Part shown: one piece after another, positions 62,446 to 64,000 of the stretch
Position numbering within the stretch: position 1 is the first letter of the stretch
Layout: every line of letters begins with the position of its first letter
Made by a program: the position numbers and the translations under genes
From: Felis catus
Lineage: Eukaryota
DNA: 64,000 bases
Direction: 5' to 3'
NCBI RefSeq assembly: GCF_018350175.1
Contig: NC_058376.1
Coordinates: forward strand, 70,494,001-70,558,000
Notes under the pieces: generated by a model
Databases searched by the model: none
What the model was told of the DNA's origin: nothing
Seen by the model: only the letters and a program-made list of their open reading frames with translations

Positions 62446-63829
62446 CACAATGAGGGAAGGCCATGTGAGGATACAGAAAGAAGGTGACCGTCTACAAGCC
62501 AGAAAGACATTCTTCATCAGGAACCAAATCAGCTGGAACCTTAATATTGGACTTCTAGCCTCTAGAACTGTGAGAAAATTAACTTCTGTTGTTTAAGCCT
62601 CAGTTTTTAAATTGGCTAGCTCCTCTTAGCCCATGGATGAATCCTGGCCACTCTGTACTGGACAATCCAGGAAACCCTTGATACCTGTCATACTTATGTC
62701 TTTTGAGAATATGAGTCATGAGAATTTATTTCTGCCCCAAGATTTCCTTGGAACCTACAGCCCTGATTTCCTAGACACGTCTCTGAACCAGAGATGGCAG
62801 TATGAGCCAAAGGTGACTCCACAGCCTGGTCCTGAAGGAGTCCACCATCCAAGAGATTCCCCAGGACACCCTATCCAACCAGATGTTGTCTTGGCAAGAA
62901 TGTACAGGGAGACTCTGAGAGAAGGCAGCAGGGGACAGCAGGTGTCAGCTACCACTGTAATCTCAACAGAGAGACCAGCCAATGTTCTATTTCTCACCAA
63001 GGCAGATCTCTGGAGCACCAGGATCCACAGGGGTTACACAGCAGCCCTGAGTTTCCTGAGCTTCCCTCTGTCTCCTCAGAACATGGCTCTTCCTTGAACC
63101 TAAGGAACTTTATTTCCTTCTAGCTACCCCCCTCCACCCCCTGGTCCTATGCTCCAGCACACCTAACTTCCTGCGCTTTCTCAAATTTTTTATACATTTT
63201 TCATCTCCATGTCTTCACATATACTGTTCCCTTTCCTTGGGATCACCCTGCCCAGTTTGCCACCAGATGAACTGCCAAGTAACCTCCACAGTCCATTCAA
63301 ACGTCGCCCTCTCCTTGAAGACTTCTCTGACACTCCAAGGTAAAGGTCTTCCACCACCCCCTACCAGTGTGTTTTCCTTTACAACACGTACCCCACATCT
63401 GGTGATTATTTGGTTAGGGGAGAGACTGTACCTTATCCCTGTGTATAAAATAAACTTCTAGCATTGGGTCTGCACATAGCAGTGCTCAGAAAAGGTTTTT
63501 GATTAACTGATTGCAGGGAATTGATTACAGAGAGGGAAATAAAGCTTGGGTGGGAGAGAGACAGAGACAAAGGACAAAGGAAGGACAAAGTGGCAATAAA
63601 GGAGTCAGGGAAAGACAAGGCGTCAGCAAGACACAACTTTAAAATGAATTGTGAAAAATCTTTTCAGGAATAGATGCATTTTCCCATTTCNNNNNNNNNN
63701 NNNNNNNNNNNNNNNNNNNNNNNNNNNNNNNNNNNNNNNNNNNNNNNNNNNNNNNNNNNNNNNNNNNNNNNNNNNNNNNNNNNNNNNNNNNNNNNNNNNN
63801 NNNNNNNNNNNNNNNNNNNNNNNNNNNNN

Positions 63830-63936
63830 CTGGGTTGACAGCACAGAGCCCCAAACGGGGCTCAAACTCACAAACTGCAAGATCATGACCTGAGCCAAAG
63901 TTGGACACTTAACCAACGGAGCCACCCAGGCGCCCC
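63830..63936 (-). mobile_element. CanSINE 5' half (remainder in gap)
   Basis: Reverse SINE head ending GCCACCCAGGCGCCCC. Confidence 0.9.
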
Positions 63937-64000
63937 AAGCTAAGGTTTCATTTCTAAGTAAACTATTTCTCTGTTTATTTTCAGTCCTGGTGAGCCCCGA

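Larger units (their letters stand above)
61876..62600 (+). mobile_element. MLT1A-type LTR interrupted by a SINE and (CA)n
   Basis: TATGGACTGAATG..ATATGTTGAAGC..GGATTAGTGTCCTTAT..GGACTTCTAGCCTCTAGAACTGTGAGAAAAT..TGTTGTTTAAGCC. Confidence 0.85.
28777..63829. other. Seven assembly gaps (N runs): 28777-28913, 34534-34665, 35905-36072, 40714-40864, 43845-44060, 50278-50458, 63691-63829
   Basis: Direct reading. Four of the gaps abut SINE bodies, typical of short-read assembly. Confidence 0.98.

Noticed and set aside
28723-63925. ORFs containing X runs
   Set aside because: Artefacts of N gaps.
40250-64000. Preceding SLC12A8 coding exon (...FTHLDP)
   Set aside because: Not found; presumably beyond the right edge. 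The N gaps cannot be inspected.

Overview
Eukaryotic (felid) genomic DNA. It is identified by abundant tRNA-derived CanSINEs (SINEC_Fc-type) and a cat-type L1 3' end. The whole window lies inside SLC12A8 (CCC9, cation-chloride cotransporter family) on the minus strand. Five internal coding exons are resolved with canonical AG/GT boundaries and consistent phases: 40136-40249, 24085-24172, 22471-22558, 14801-14947 and 7859-8504. They total 1083 nt and probably correspond to human exons 6-10; the flanking exons are outside the window. The introns hold about 30 CanSINEs, L1/HAL1/L2/MIR relics, MaLR LTRs, hAT MITEs (MER5, MER58B, MER45A, MER115), a 5S rRNA retropseudogene and seven N gaps. Almost all ORFs in the supplied track are chance or repeat-derived. 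I found no evidence for a new multi-gene system. The best leads are: (i) a CpG-enriched patch at ~60.8-61.05 kb with a strong donor site and a perfect 16-bp duplication giving tandem TTCNNNGAA motifs (candidate internal promoter/alternative first exon); (ii) an unidentified polyadenylated insert at ~28.5-29.65 kb; (iii) a CanSINE with an amplified 22-bp B-box unit; (iv) closely spaced inverted young SINEs and repeated reuse of insertion targets. Repeat family names are from recall of consensus sequences, and old-repeat boundaries are approximate.
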